Shown here: positions 37,083-49,753 of the stretch, piece after piece
Position numbering within the stretch: position 1 is the stretch's first letter
Layout of the letters: every line of letters starts with the position of its first letter
From: Heterodontus francisci
Lineage: Eukaryota
Length of the DNA stretch: 64,000 bases
Assembly (NCBI RefSeq): GCF_036365525.1
Contig: NC_090382.1
Coordinates: 94,535,982-94,599,981 of the forward strand
Direction: 5' to 3'
Notes under the pieces: model-generated
Database searches by the model: none
What the model was told of the DNA's origin: nothing
The model's input: only the letters and a program-made list of their open reading frames with translations
Program-made: the position numbers and the translations under genes

Positions 37083-38899
37083 AAACAGTGTCATGAGAAC
37101 TTCAATCTGCATCTGCTCCATGGTACATGAAACCTTCCAGTCCATGCTGTCAGCAATGATCCTCAAAAGCAGAAAAGTGCTCTATTCCCCAGGAATGATG
37201 ACTGTAACCTCGGTGATTACAACATTCTGGTACTGACCCCCCAAACCCCATATGCACTGATAAAGTGTAAAAATCTTCAACTTATTCACATTCTATGTTT
37301 ATTAATAGAATTATATGCCATTACTATGAAATTAGCTGATCCTGTAGTGGCATAACTTGAAGTGGAAAATTCATCTACAAAAATCCCAGGAACTGGCAGC
37401 TACTTACACAGGGCCTTTTCTAATACCATTGGGTTTATAGGAGAATGATCATACTTATGGGGAACTTTGGGTTTGGTTGAGTCAAATATTAACTTCGTAG
37501 TTGCCTCACGGGGATCAGGAATATTTGCATTACAATGCAAAAATATTGTGAAAATGTTTTAATTATGATGAGATTGTCTGACTAATTATGTTGTTTCCCC
37601 ACTTGTGTCAATGTCATCAATACGATCTACATTCAAATGCACCCCATCAATACATTCTGCTAATATCCCACCCAGTGAGGATAACATGCGAGTTTTTTAG
37701 CAAATAAACACCACTTCAATCACAGACTGCCATGACCAAATCACTCAACAGAATTGCGCTCCACACCTTTCACTCTGAGCTTCTTCTTTCTTCCCTTGAA
37801 CAAGCCAGGTTTCCCACCTGCATTCTTTGAAATTTCCTCACACGATATTTTTGAGCAAAGAAATTAAAAATCCTTTTGAGAAAAGCATTCCTAAATAACT
37901 GATGACCTACTTTCTTTAATTATGGATGCTCTTTCATGCACCAAACACTATGAGCCTTGTTCTTGTTTCTGAGTTACGTCTTTGAGGACTTCTGCATTGA
38001 GTGTCATCATATCCATGTTAATCCCCAAATAATTACAATATACTGCAAGAACAATAGACAAAACCTTCTGGAATTTGCCACTGCTCTGTGGGTTCCTGTA
38101 ATACTAGTCAATTACAAGTGCTTCCTCTCCCTGAGGTTTTTAACTTTCCGTAACCAAGCTTGACAGAATTACCTCACTGTTCCATTCAGAACTAATGGAA
38201 ATGACTGCACACATCCTATTTCAAAGAAGAACCCAAAGATGAACCTAAACAAGATACAAAATAAAAGCAAAAAGCAGAAGCACCAGAACAAAAATGTACT
38301 CCCAATCTTGCTTTTAAAAATGTTAATATACATTACCGAATGAAGGCTACTGGATTGATCTTTATCTCAAGGGGGTGATGTTTGAGTTGTACAAACACTT
38401 GGTCAAACCATGTGGAGTACAGTGTTCAGTTTTGGGTACCGAACATCGAGAAAGATATTGTGGTCTTGGAGGGAGTATAACACAGTTTCACCAGAATGAT
38501 ACCAAGACCTAAAGGGTTAAATTATAAGGACAGGGTGCATGAACTTGGCTTGTATTCCCTTGCATTTAGAAGATTGACGGGAGATCTGTTCAAAATGTTT
38601 GAAATGATAAAGGGATTCAATAGGGTAGATACAGAGAATCTAGTGGAAGAATCTGGAAAAAGATCTCCGGGGCTAAACTGGAGAGCCCTGCGATTAACTG
38701 CACCTGGTGATTCCAATGCAGGCAGCATGCCAACTTTGTGTTGCCTGCTCATTTGCATGATTGCTGTATGCGCTAAATGCACAATTGAATGGTTGCTTGC
38801 ACTACTTAAAGCCAGCCTGCACCTTGAAAAGGGGAGAGTCATTCTGCCAGTAGCAGGTGCTGGAACAGTTTGTGGAAGAGAGCCTGATCAGGAAGAAGA

Positions 38900-40800
38900 A
38901 TGAATTAAGGTGCAACAGGGCAGAGAACATACTTCAATGTTCTTTGACACTGCACTGGATGCCTTGATAGAGTAGGTGGAGCAGAGGAGAGATGTGTTCT
39001 ACCCATAGGAGACAAGGAGAGCCTCCAGTCAAACTTTGCAAAAGCGTTGGGACCAGATAGCTGTGGAAGTCAATTCCAGTAGTCTAGCCCTGAGAACTTG
39101 AATGCAGAGTTGCAAAAAGTTCAATAACCTCACACAAATGGTCAAGGCCAGTGAATGTATCTTCAAATTCCATAGCTTACCACTGCACCACTTGCCTCAC
39201 ACACTGCTCAATGCACCACACTCCAATCACTCACAACAATCTCTATCAACCACGACTCATACCTAACATTCATAAACTCTACCATACTCTCATACACTTA
39301 GCACGTGGCAAGCCTCACACCCACATCACACAGCTTGCACACACTGCCAGCTATTCAACTAAGACAGCCACATAACCTAAACACATTGCATCACACTCTT
39401 GGAGGCACTCCCCCCTCTCTTGCTGGACAAGTTGATGCATAACTGGAGGCAGCAGAAGCTAACTGGCGGCGGACAGGCATGGCTGCACATGCTTTACCTA
39501 ATGGAGGTGACAGTGGTCGATATCAGTGGAGTGGCCATTACTGAGGTCGTGGCCAGTAGGGAGGCTAAAACCATTGAAGATGATGGTATCCTTATATCTA
39601 ATCCTCCTTCTCACATCCCACTTCCCTCTTATCCCACAATCTCTTCTGATTTAGAAGTTGCTTATAGTGTAAGCCTGCACATCTTGCTTCCCTGCGCCTC
39701 AGCTCACCACAAGCCTAATCTTGTGTCTTTGTCCTTTCAGATAACCAAAAAATACAACCTGGTCAGGCAGTGGTGGAAGAGCAAGAAGTGGAAGATCAGG
39801 AAGGCAGTGATGAAGAAGAAACACCCTCATTCACTCCACATTCACAGCCTGACATTCAGCATACTTTAGAGGCAAACTTAGAGGTTAGCATCTGAAAATG
39901 GTGAGACACTGGACACAAGTCGCCTGCAGTCAGGACAGGAGAGAAGGGTAGTGCAGGTGCCAGTTTGCAGAGAGTGAGGTTGTACTTGAGTTCTGTTGCA
40001 GAGGACTCAAGATGAGGACTTTGATCAGGTGACAGACAAAAGATGGCCAATGGGTATAAATAATGAAATGCTTGGTTCATTGGTAGGCCAGCATGCAATG
40101 TCAAGGAGCATGGAAGAATTCAGCAGCAATTTGACACAGGGTTTTGCACAGTGCTTGGAGTCATCCTTTCTGGTGTGGAAGTAGTGGCAAATTCCATTAG
40201 CATGTTTGTGGACCAAATCATGGTGCAGTGTCTGATGGCTGATTTCTCAGTTTCCGTTGCAGTACAAGCAGAAGCCACCCAACTTCTAGGATGCTGCAGT
40301 GGAAGTTCAGACTTCTGGAATACAAAATCAACTTGCTGCTATGTAAGCTCAGGCTGCTGCCATCACGCTGCAGATAACAGTGCTCAAAAGAGCTTTCAGG
40401 GTGTCACAGCAGTCCGGCAATCTGTCCTCCAACAGATTACTAGGATTGCTGAGACACCGCCTCAGGGGAGTGACAGTGGCTCCATGGAGCACAAACCTGC
40501 TGTCCTCTCTCTCTCAGGATGACAATATTTATTCCCCCACCACTGCCACTCTGCTAGTGTCCTTGCTGTTGCCTGTCAGCTAACCAGCCCAGACTGCTGC
40601 TGCCCATGTCAAGATGGTGAAGTCTGAAGTTAGGCCTTCCAGGGCCAGAGTTCCTCAAGGTCATCTTGCAAGATCATCTGCAGTCTCCATACTGAAAGCC
40701 AGCAGCCTTCCACTGGCCAAGCACTACATATGAGCACGAGGACAAGCAAAGGCACCCACAAGACAGGCTCTAAGAGATTGCACAAGGGTGGTTAGTTGAT
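38900..40800 (+). pseudogene. Harbinger Myb/SANT (MSANTD-like) DNA-binding protein, three decayed exons
   Basis: FFDTALDALIE.VEQRRDVFYP...WDQIAVEVNS...CKKFNNL; exon 2 HNWRQQKLTGGG; acceptor tcctttcag at 39740; in-frame stops. Confidence 0.75.
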
Positions 40801-41015
40801 GTTTGTATGCAATACATGTTTGGTAAATTTGTTATGAAACGATTATTTTGTGGTGGCTGATATTTTAGCATTGCGGCCAAGTGACTAGCTAGCATGATGA
40901 TCAGTAACAGAGGGAAGGTAAGGTGTGGTGAATGGGAGAATTGGGGTTGCATTTACTGGTATCGCAGCCAGATGGGTCAACCCCAGACAGATGGGCCAGA
41001 AAGAAACTATGTTGG

Positions 41016-41860
41016 TTACCTCCCCCCTTCCTCTTCCTTTTCCTTCTTCTCCTGCTCAGGTTGTTGTTGTATTGCTGGTGACAAGGGTTCTACCCTCCTG
41101 ATGAGGTGTGTAGCATGCAGCAAATCACCACAAATCTTGACATATGCCCTGCCGAGTACTACAGGGCTCCTCCAGAGTGGTCCAGGCAGCAAAAGTATTG
41201 TTTTAGCATCTGCAATGATCTGCTCTATCACATTTGGTGTGGCAGCATGGCTTTCATTGTATGCATGCTGCTCACATGTGCATGGGTTGCACACCGGGGT
41301 CCTGAACCATATCATCAAAGGATAACCGTTATCATCCAGTAGCTTCTCTCTAGTTTGTCGTGGTGGCTCAAATGCAGATGGCACAGCAGACTGCTGCAGA
41401 ATGAAGGCATCACGACTGCTGCCAGAATATTGGGCATTGATCTGCATGATATGCTGAGTATGGTGGCACACCAGCTGAATATTTAAGGAGTGGAATCCCA
41501 TTCGGTTGCGATTCGTCTCAGAATTGACATGAGCTGCCCGCAAAACAGCATGCATGCAGTCAATGGCACCCTGCAGCATGGGAAAGGCTGTAATGGTTGC
41601 AAAGCTGCATACTTCCTCTGCCTGCTTCTGAAATGTATTTGTGTTCCGCATACAGATTCTCAGTGATCTCCCTTACTCAACAGTGGACAGCAAACTGGCA
41701 GATGCTATAAATATTGCCTGCTCTAGCCTGGAAGGAGCCCAACGCATAAATGTTCATAGTCACAGTCACCTTCTCCACATTGCACTGGAGGTTGGGGTGG
41801 GGGGGGGGGCGGGCATCCTTCCTGCTGCTGATCATGTGCTCAGCTGTGCATGCTGAAGAG
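41016..41860 (-). pseudogene. Harbinger (HARBI1-like) DDE transposase pseudogene
   Basis: KVTVTMNIYALGSFQ, FPMLQGAIDCMH, NRMGFHSLNIQLVC, YSGSSRDAFIL, LLDDNGYPL, YNESH..T..VIEQ; frameshifted. Confidence 0.92.
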
Positions 41861-43133
41861 ACAGCGTTAGCTGGAGTGCTGAGCTCCAAAATGGCAGCGC
41901 TAGTGTCAAATCAGCAGACTCTTCCTGTGTGGGAGTTACCACCCCCATCAAAATGGCTTCCACATGGATCACACCAGAAATGTGCTTGCATGCCATGGAC
42001 ATCATTTTGGAGCCAAAACAGGGCATTTAGTACCAAAGAAATGAGCAATAAGTAGCAAAATTTTGCAGCCTTAATATTAAAATTACAGCCAAGTAATTTA
42101 GGAGTGAAGTCAGGAAGTACCTTATTACACAAAGGATAGTGGAAATTTGGAATTTGCTCCCCAGAAGGCTGGGTCAATAAAAAATTTCAAGTCTGAGATC
42201 AACAGATTTTTGTTAAGCGAGGATATCAATTGGGTCTCAAGGGATAAGGTACAAAGGCAGTTCAACTGAGTTGGGGTACAGGTTAGCCATGATCAAATTG
42301 AATGGTTGAACAGTTTTGAAGGGTTGAATGGCTTACTCCTATTCCTATATTCCAAATACAAAAGATACTCTATGTATTAGCATTAAATACAAGACTGAAA
42401 TTCTAATACTGAGGCACAGATCACAAGGATGAATACCAGCTGTTATGCTAGCTCTAGTCACTTTTCATTTGCTATAAAGCCAGATTTGCAAAGATATCAA
42501 CAAATTAAAACAGAGCAGTACATCTCAAGAATACAAACACGTCACAGGACTCCGAGGATTGTTGTTCCCTAATTTGTCAATTCAGCCTCTCAATTTGGTA
42601 CAGCCATGTCAGCATTCTCTTAAATATCTGTAATGCTAAACTGTCTTTTATCAAACAGGCTTTGTATGTGAATCAACAAACTTGACACAGATTCCTATCT
42701 GTCAATCAGGATGTGCAGTAATTAAGAGTGTATTTACATTGCAACTGTAGCATTGATGCAAGGTGATGACTTAAAAGCAACCAAAATCCGGAGTCACAAA
42801 GCAACCTGGCATCAGATCTAAAAAGAATGAGACTCTTTCGAAGAGAGAATCTCACTTTGATTTGCTCTGGAGTAAGTTCAGGTCTCAGCTCCAAGCCCAA
42901 GCTCCTGTAGATTTGCATTGGGGCAAAGCCAAAACTAATTAGTTAAACTTGTTGCTTAAATGCACAATTACATATTAGTGTTACAGTGATCAGGTTATGG
43001 ATTCTACAAGGAACAGGGGAGGATATTCAAATTGATTTGGCAAATATCTATTGTTACTTATTAATCAAACCACTAGCTGGGCCAACTCAGAGAAGATACG
43101 ATGACTCCCAGACAAGTCAATCAAGCACTATAC

Positions 43134-43857
43134 CAGGGTGAGCAATCTTATGCTACCTGAAAAGCCTTTTTTAAAAAAACTTTGCCAAAAATAAAAAAAC
43201 TATTGGGAGCTGGAAGACGAAATGTCGTCATTTCAGAACCAAATACTTGGCAAATTGCCAAATGTCCCTCGTAGAATTCTTAATTTCCATAGATGATAAA
43301 TCAAATACAAATGTTAAATTCATGTATCAGTCGAAAAAAAGAAATTAAAATAGACTTAATTCCGAATTATTGCATTTTTGATGCTTCTTTTACTATAGTT
43401 TTGTCAGTAATCTTGAAAACAAACTATAACTTAAGATGCGTAGAATTAGGACAATGTGTTTTGGCTATTGATTCTCATGAGAAAAAAAAACTTCTAATAG
43501 CACATTCAGAATAATTTATCATCTCAGCTACATTAAAAACAATAATGGTCACAGCCATAAAACCTGATCCTCGAAACAAAGACATTATCTATAACCATGG
43601 TATAGCTATACTAACTCAGACAAGTTTATTTAGAGCACAATGATGTTTTTCGTTAAAATAATGATTTGGAACCGTAAAGTGCAACACAATGATTAGCTTT
43701 TTATTCCCACATTTAAAACACGGCTCTTACTTTTATGGACTTAGTTTTTTTAAAGGCTATTTTCATGTTATTGCAATCCAATTGGAAAAGGTTGGGAGCC
43801 GCAAACGAGATGTTAAAGAGCCACAAGCAGTGCTGGAGCCGCAGCTTGCAGATCCTG
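43134..43857. mobile_element. hAT-superfamily MITE (Charlie-like)
   Basis: Perfect 8-bp TSD cactatac at 43126-43133 and 43858-43865; ends cagggtgagcaa / ttgcagatcctg; subterminal gagccgca repeats; AT-rich interior. Confidence 0.85.
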
Positions 43858-44804
43858 CACTATACCATCCTTCGAAAGTTGAAGATGGGTAATCAGATTT
43901 ATGTGTGTGTTGTTCACACTGTGAGGTCCTGAGGGAGGCACAGTATTAGGAGTCATTTTCTGGATGAAGGATACTGGATAGAACAACCACTTACTTCCTT
44001 ACTTTTTACAATTAATGCTCCGTTTCAACACTGTTTGGAGCATGTAGACAAAAACTGTGTTGATATCTTATCCAAGAGTGGCACAGTACTGGAGTCTGTG
44101 CATTAGATAGAAGATAGTCACTTTCTACTCCTTCAAATGGAGTCAAACTCACAACCTCTGGTTTAGAGCCAAGTGCTGCATCAAATGACAACTTGTCAAA
44201 TAGCTAATGAAAAAGCCACAGGAGAATGAGCAAGGACTCTCTGACCTGTTGGATCTTTCAAATATAAAGAAAGTGTACATTTCAGGACTCAGTAGTGTAG
44301 TTAGTGAGAGTGCTATTCTTTCACTTTGGAGAACTGGGTTCAAAGTCAGCCTAGACACTGTGTAAAAAGTCCCAAATGAAGGGAATTTGAAGAATCTTAG
44401 TTTGCAGCATAAAAATTCCATGGTATAAATTGTCACTAAATCAACCTTCTCAGAATGGCCGGTATAGAAAATGGAGAATCCCACTCGCTTGTGCTGGTGA
44501 CTTTCTTCTTAGAGGGGAGTTAAGAAATATTATTGAGCTGGCATAACTTGAACTCCACATTGCATCTGGACTGAATATTTGAAGGCGACATTGATGCAAA
44601 AAAATGCAAAATGTTCCAATTTTCAGCATGAGTAGTATTGCATCAGATTCTTCAAACGAGAAAGCTTTGATCGCTAGCTTTAGTCTAATTGAAAGGTACA
44701 AATGCCAAGATCCTGTTATAGATTAGAAATCAGCACTGGCTTGTATTTATCCAATTTAGAGCTGGATTTACAGTGGTTTCGCGTAATCAAACACTAACAA
44801 AGTT

Positions 44805-45425
44805 ACAAAAGCAAAATAGTGTGGATGCTGGAAACCTGAAATAAAACCAGGAAATGCTGGAAATAACTCAGCAGATCTGGCAGTAGGAGAGCTGCTGTGC
44901 GTAAGCAATGTTAAGGAAATAAGTGAGGCACACTTGGAGGCAATAATTCTGGAAGCTGTTAACAAGGCTCATCACAACCTATTAGCGGATTTGTCTAAGG
45001 CTGAAGGGCAGAGAATTTAGAAGCAACAGATAAAAGTTAAAAGAAAGAAATCTCCACGTGCAGGCTTGAGTAGCTGACTGGTTGGTAGTTGTGTCGCACC
45101 CATGGTGCAAGCAGCAGGTGGCACAACTCCTTTATTTCCTTGACATTGTTTTCGGACAGCAGATATTCAGGATCCTGCCATTCACATCTTCTCTAAATAC
45201 ATCTTTTGTTTCTTTACTTGTCCCTTATGATACCCTTTGGCCTGGCACCACAAAACTTTTTGTCATTTAATCTCTCCTGCATTCCACCTTCACTTGCACA
45301 AAACCTATTACATTTCCCATTTTTGCCAGTTCTGGTGAAAGGTCACAGACCTAAAACATCAACTCTGTTTCTTTCTCCACAGATGCTGCCAGACCTGCTG
45401 AGTATTTCCAGCATTTTCAGTTTTT
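44805..45425. mobile_element. Penelope-like element termini in inverted arrangement, with a decayed hammerhead motif at 45327-45367
   Basis: 44852-44882 (aaatgctggaaataactcagcagatctggca) is the near reverse complement of ~45387-45416 (tgccagacctgctgagtatttccagcattt). Confidence 0.75.
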
Positions 45426-46241
45426 CTCACTAACAATATTAGTCAACATTGAGCAACTGATGCCAGTTTGGAAGAATGGAGGGAGAAAAGGGTTCACCAA
45501 TTGCCATTTCACAACAACTGTGGAAGCTGGAGGCCATCCACTGAAATTCTGCATAATGAGAAGGAACAAGCAGTTTGGATCGAAGAATTCCAAGCAATGG
45601 GAATGAAAAGGAAGGAGTTGTTCCTTTGAAATGGTAGACCCTGGAAATAAATGGAAGAGTTTAGATGATTTGAATTCTGCATATTGATAATAGGGCTGAT
45701 TTTCCTTTGCCAAAGACTCCACTCCCCCCTCCCCCAACATTTACCCCATGTGTGCCAGTTCCTTCGGTAGAGGAATGAGCACATCAAGAACCAGAAACCT
45801 GCCACATTTGTGCCTCATGCAAATTCTTGAAGGTCCAGGAAACAAGGAGGTGAAGCTTCTGTTTCACTCTTCATATTTAAATGACATTTGAGGATGGGGG
45901 ATGGTGCTCTGCCACCTTTTCTTTTTCTGCTCTTTAGCACCAGACCAGCAGCACAAATCCTGATTGGCCTTATCAAAGTGATTTTTATCCAGATTTGTTA
46001 GCACTGTTCTACCTGTCTGTAATGGCTATGGATAAGCATCAGCAGGGTATCAGATGTCAAGCTGTACCACCATGAGCCTGGCACAGCTACCAACCAGTCA
46101 GCTACTGCCTCAACCCTACACAAGGGGTTTCCTTTCTCTTAACTTTTGTCTGTCGTTTCTAAAACCTCTGCCCTTCAGCCTTAGTCAAGTTCGCTAATGG
46201 GTTGCAAAAAGGCTTTCAGAATTACTGTCTCCAAGTGTGCC
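44927..46241. repeat. ~190-bp imperfect inverted repeat (arms 44927-45115 and 46061-46241)
   Basis: Exact reverse-complement blocks: 44995-45013 with 46166-46184 (19 bp), 45069-45088 with 46087-46106 (20 bp), and ggcacacttggag (13 bp). Confidence 0.9.
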
Positions 46242-46476
46242 CTTCTTTAATTATCCCACTCTTTTAAATTTCACTGAATCACAATTTTCTCCTCTCTCTA
46301 CACAGGCTCCTTACATTTGTCCCAATCTGCATGTGTATTTGTGACTGAAAATGCAAATGAGCTGACCCAGAAAAATGTGAGTGTCACTGGCACATTCAGG
46401 CAGGATTAGTATCAGTTCTTAACCTTTTAGACATAAACTGAACCAGTACAAGAAAATCATTCACAAAGTGAAAAGT

Positions 46477-46935
46477 AAGAAAGATAGATTTGCATTTCTA
46501 TAGCACCTTTTATGTCCTCAGGATGTCCCAAAGTACTTTACAGCCAATGAAGTATTTTTGAATTGTAATCACTGTGGTATTGCAGGAAACACGGCAGCCA
46601 TCTTGTGCACAGCAAGGTCCCACAAAGATAAAGTGATAATGACCAAATAATCTGTTTTTGTAAAGTTGATTGAGGGATAAATAATGGCCAGGACATCAGG
46701 GATAACTCCCCTTCTCTTCAAAATAGTGCTATGGGATTTTCTGCAACCACCTGAGCGAGCAGACAGGGCCTCAGCTTAACATGTCATCTGAAAGACAGCA
46801 CCTTCAGCAGTGCAGCAGTCCTTCAGTGCTGTGCTCGAATGTCAGCTTAGATTTTTGTGCTCAAGTCTCTGGAGTGGAACTCGAACCCACAATCTCCAGA
46901 GGCAAGAATACTGCCAACTGAGTCACAGCTGACAC
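46477..46935 (-). mobile_element. Near full-length SacSINE1-like DeuSINE
   Basis: Head, Deu domain and L2-like tail all recognisable on the minus strand. Confidence 0.9.
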
Positions 46936-48105
46936 TTCAAATTCAATTCTAGCTGGAGTGAACAAGTTCTACAATTTGGGAACATTCTCAAAATTTCATG
47001 AAAAGGAATTAAATAAATTTTAAAAATCTTTAAAGTACGCCTGAACAGCTGTAATGGATTTTGTGTGTACTGTCTTGATAGTTGAGAATTGGCTAAAAAT
47101 GACTGTCAGAGTTGACCTTCAGTCTTGTCCTTCAATCATTCAGCCTATTCTCGATCCAAGGCACAGCATGCATGCATATCCATTATCGCTTAAATCGATC
47201 AGTGATCTGAGTTCATTGATTGAGACACTGCACTATATGGAAACAGATTACTACTGAACTGGTTTTGTTTTGTTACAGATTTTAAAGGGGAATTGCAGTC
47301 AGGCAATGACACAATCTTAATCACTGGACTGTAAAGATTTCAGCTGGGATTTCATTGGAATGTTTCCCAGCAGCCCCCCACCTCACCTCACCCCACCCCA
47401 CCAAAAAGAAACAAAAATTTACATGCACAACAGAAAAATTAATAATTATGCTGCAAACAGACTGATCATGCAAATACCAATAGCTGGAAATGGACATGAG
47501 CCCTCACTATTCAAATGAGAAAATTTCATGTTCAGTTTCTCTTTGTACAAAAAAGTCACAAAATTGCTGGATTCACTGCTGTAAATGTAAATTAATCTTG
47601 CCACTGCCATTTAGGGCTGGTAATTCATGTTGCCAAGACTCTGCGAATGGTGTGATTTATGATCCTCACATAAAACTCAAACTTGGAGCCCAGAGAGGAA
47701 ATAAATGAAGCTGTGGAATCTCACTTGGGCAGGTAGTGAAAGGTTCCTAGAGGTTTTTAAAATGTAACTGTCTTGGCAGCATTTTTGTGCGTGTCTTGCC
47801 AACACATTCTTGTTAGTGTCGGAAGGCAACAATTTTCAGGATGCAAAGCTGTTTTGACACTCAGAAATGGAAATTAGATAGATCTCCTCCAGATAATAAT
47901 TTTATGATACAGAAAATGAGTAAGAATGTTTGTACTTTTCACACAACCACCCTGCCATTCACTTATTATTAACTTCTCAGGGACCAATGCAATTCCTAAA
48001 CACAACTGCATTACAATGTCCTTTTCTTCTACTTGTGATTTTTTTCCCCCCTACTTTTTTCTCTTAGACTACTGTCTTTTCCTCTCTCTCTCTGTCTCAC
48101 CTCCT

Positions 48106-48877
48106 GTGTCAGTGGTGGTTCAGTTCATAACACTCTTGTTTCTGAATTACAAGATTCTGGATTCAAATTCCCCCTCCAGGGCTTGAGTACAAAAATCAAG
48201 TCTGACATTCCAGTACAGTACTGAGGCAATGGTGCACTGTTGAAAGTTTATTTATTTATTTAGAGATACAGCACTGAAACAGGCCCTTCGGCCCACCGAG
48301 TCTGTGCCGACCATCAACCACCCATTCCTACCACATCCCCATCTTCCCTCAATTCCCCTACCTATACTAAGGGCAATTTATAATGGCCAATTTACCTATC
48401 AACCTGCAAGTCTTTGGTTGTGGGAGGAAACCGGAGCACCCAGCAAAAACCCATGCAGTCACAAGGAGAACTTGCAAACTCCGCACAGGCAGTACCCAGA
48501 ATCGAACCCGGGTCACTGGCGCTGTGAGGCTGCAGTGCTAACCACTGCGCCACTGTGCCTTTTGGATGAGATGTTAAACCCAGACCCCATCTACCTGCTT
48601 GGATGGATATAAAAGATGCCATGGCACTATCTCAAAGAACAGCAGGGGAGTTCTCCCTGGTATACTGGCCAATCTTTATCCCTCAATTCATCACAAAGAC
48701 AGATTATCCATTCATTGTCACATTGCTGTTTGTTGGAGTTTACTGTGTACAAATTAGCTTCTGAGTTTCCGACACTACAATAGTGACTACACTTCAAAAA
48801 AAAGTACTTCATTGGCTGTAAAGCACTTTGAGATGTTTAGTGGTTGTGAAAAGCACGATATAAATGCAAGTCTTTTT
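48106..48877 (+). mobile_element. DeuSINE interrupted by an HE1 SINE
   Basis: Head at 48106-48247, resumes ttttggatgag at 48560, tail aaatgcaagtcttt. Confidence 0.88.
48248..48559 (-). mobile_element. HE1-type V-SINE
   Basis: Reverse complement of the 59910 copy, with internal deletions; (TAAA)n tail. Confidence 0.93.
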
Positions 48878-49192
48878 CCCTTTGTATCTAATTTGACTCT
48901 AATTTATCCTATCGCCTTCTTTGTGCTTGTTCTGTTTCTCTATCTTTAAATTACATTTGTTAACAAGATACACCATTGAACCTGACATTTATGAGGTTCC
49001 AGATGTGACAGTGACTTTGCTGCACAATTATCATTTTGCATTTCCAGCAATTTGCAATGCAAATATAGTGCGATCTGAAGGGTGAGGATAAAAGACCAAT
49101 TTGCGTTGCTCATCACAACATGCGTCATTTTAGCAATTTCTAAGCGAATGAGTTAGAGCACAGTCATTTCACCATTTGGACTTGTATTCAAA

Positions 49193-49750
49193 GGGCTGGA
49201 TCTTGTTGTCCCCTCGACGGCGGGTTCCGTGGTGGGGGGAGGGAGGGGGGTGGAGAATCGGAACGGCAGCAGCTGCCACGAAACCCCACGCCAGGATTGC
49301 CAGACCTGATCTTCCCAGGGGTGGGAAAGCTCCATGGCAGCACCTTCGCCACTCCGCGACGGGACCCTAGTTTAAACATGTTAAATACCTCTTTGCAAAC
49401 ATCTCAATGTAATCCGCAGTGATCTTCCCATCCATTCTCAATGTTGAGCTCGATATGCGGCATTCACGCACCTACACTTGCCTGTCCATGAGAAGCTGGC
49501 GCCACTGAGGTGGGGAAGGGAACAACTCTGCATTATTTTATGGATGGGGAGGGGAGGGGGGGGGGGGTCAACTCTGCATTTTTTTTGCAGGACTGTCAGA
49601 CTTTTAAAAATGGCACCAGCACTTGCTGCACCAGGTGACGCTGTGAATGGTGTTGCCAATGCCGCCCCCGCCATGTGATTGTGGGGGGAGGGGGGGGCAG
49701 CTGCCGTCAATATATTAAGTGACCTCCCGACTGCGTGGGTCCCGTGCGGG
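49193..49750. mobile_element. Harbinger-type MITE fragment
   Basis: Starts gggctggatctt; GC-rich with G-runs; right end lost under the CR1 fragment. Confidence 0.6.
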
Positions 49751-49753
49751 ATG

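Larger units (their letters stand above)
38670..42070. mobile_element. PIF/Harbinger DNA transposon, decayed two-gene element
   Basis: Convergent Myb/SANT-like gene (+) and DDE transposase (-); termini degenerate (gggcta... / aaaattttgcagcc). Confidence 0.88.
38345..42353 (+). mobile_element. CR1 3' fragment split by the Harbinger transposon (CR1 parts ~38345-38665 and ~42068-42353)
   Basis: LGLYSLAFRRLTGDL before the insertion; aaattacagcc...gaagtcaggaag...aatggcttactcctattcctat after it. Confidence 0.8.

Noticed and set aside
37408-37558. Minus-strand open frame ending at a GTAAGT donor
   Set aside because: No convincing acceptor before the upstream in-frame stop; peptide not recognised
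41016-41651. Host gene HARBI1
   Set aside because: Frameshifted, flanked by a decayed Myb partner and inserted in a CR1; it is a transposon copy
42750-42877. Plus-strand segment ending at a GTAAGT donor
   Set aside because: All frames from the plausible acceptor are closed
44285-44360. Possible ancient LF-SINE-like head
   Set aside because: Only ~50 bp of degenerate similarity from memory; cannot be supported without a profile search
49547-49567. G-run / G-quadruplex candidate (also the C-run near 8124-8138 and (TG)n near 34877-34897)
   Set aside because: Simple sequence inside TEs with no evidence of function
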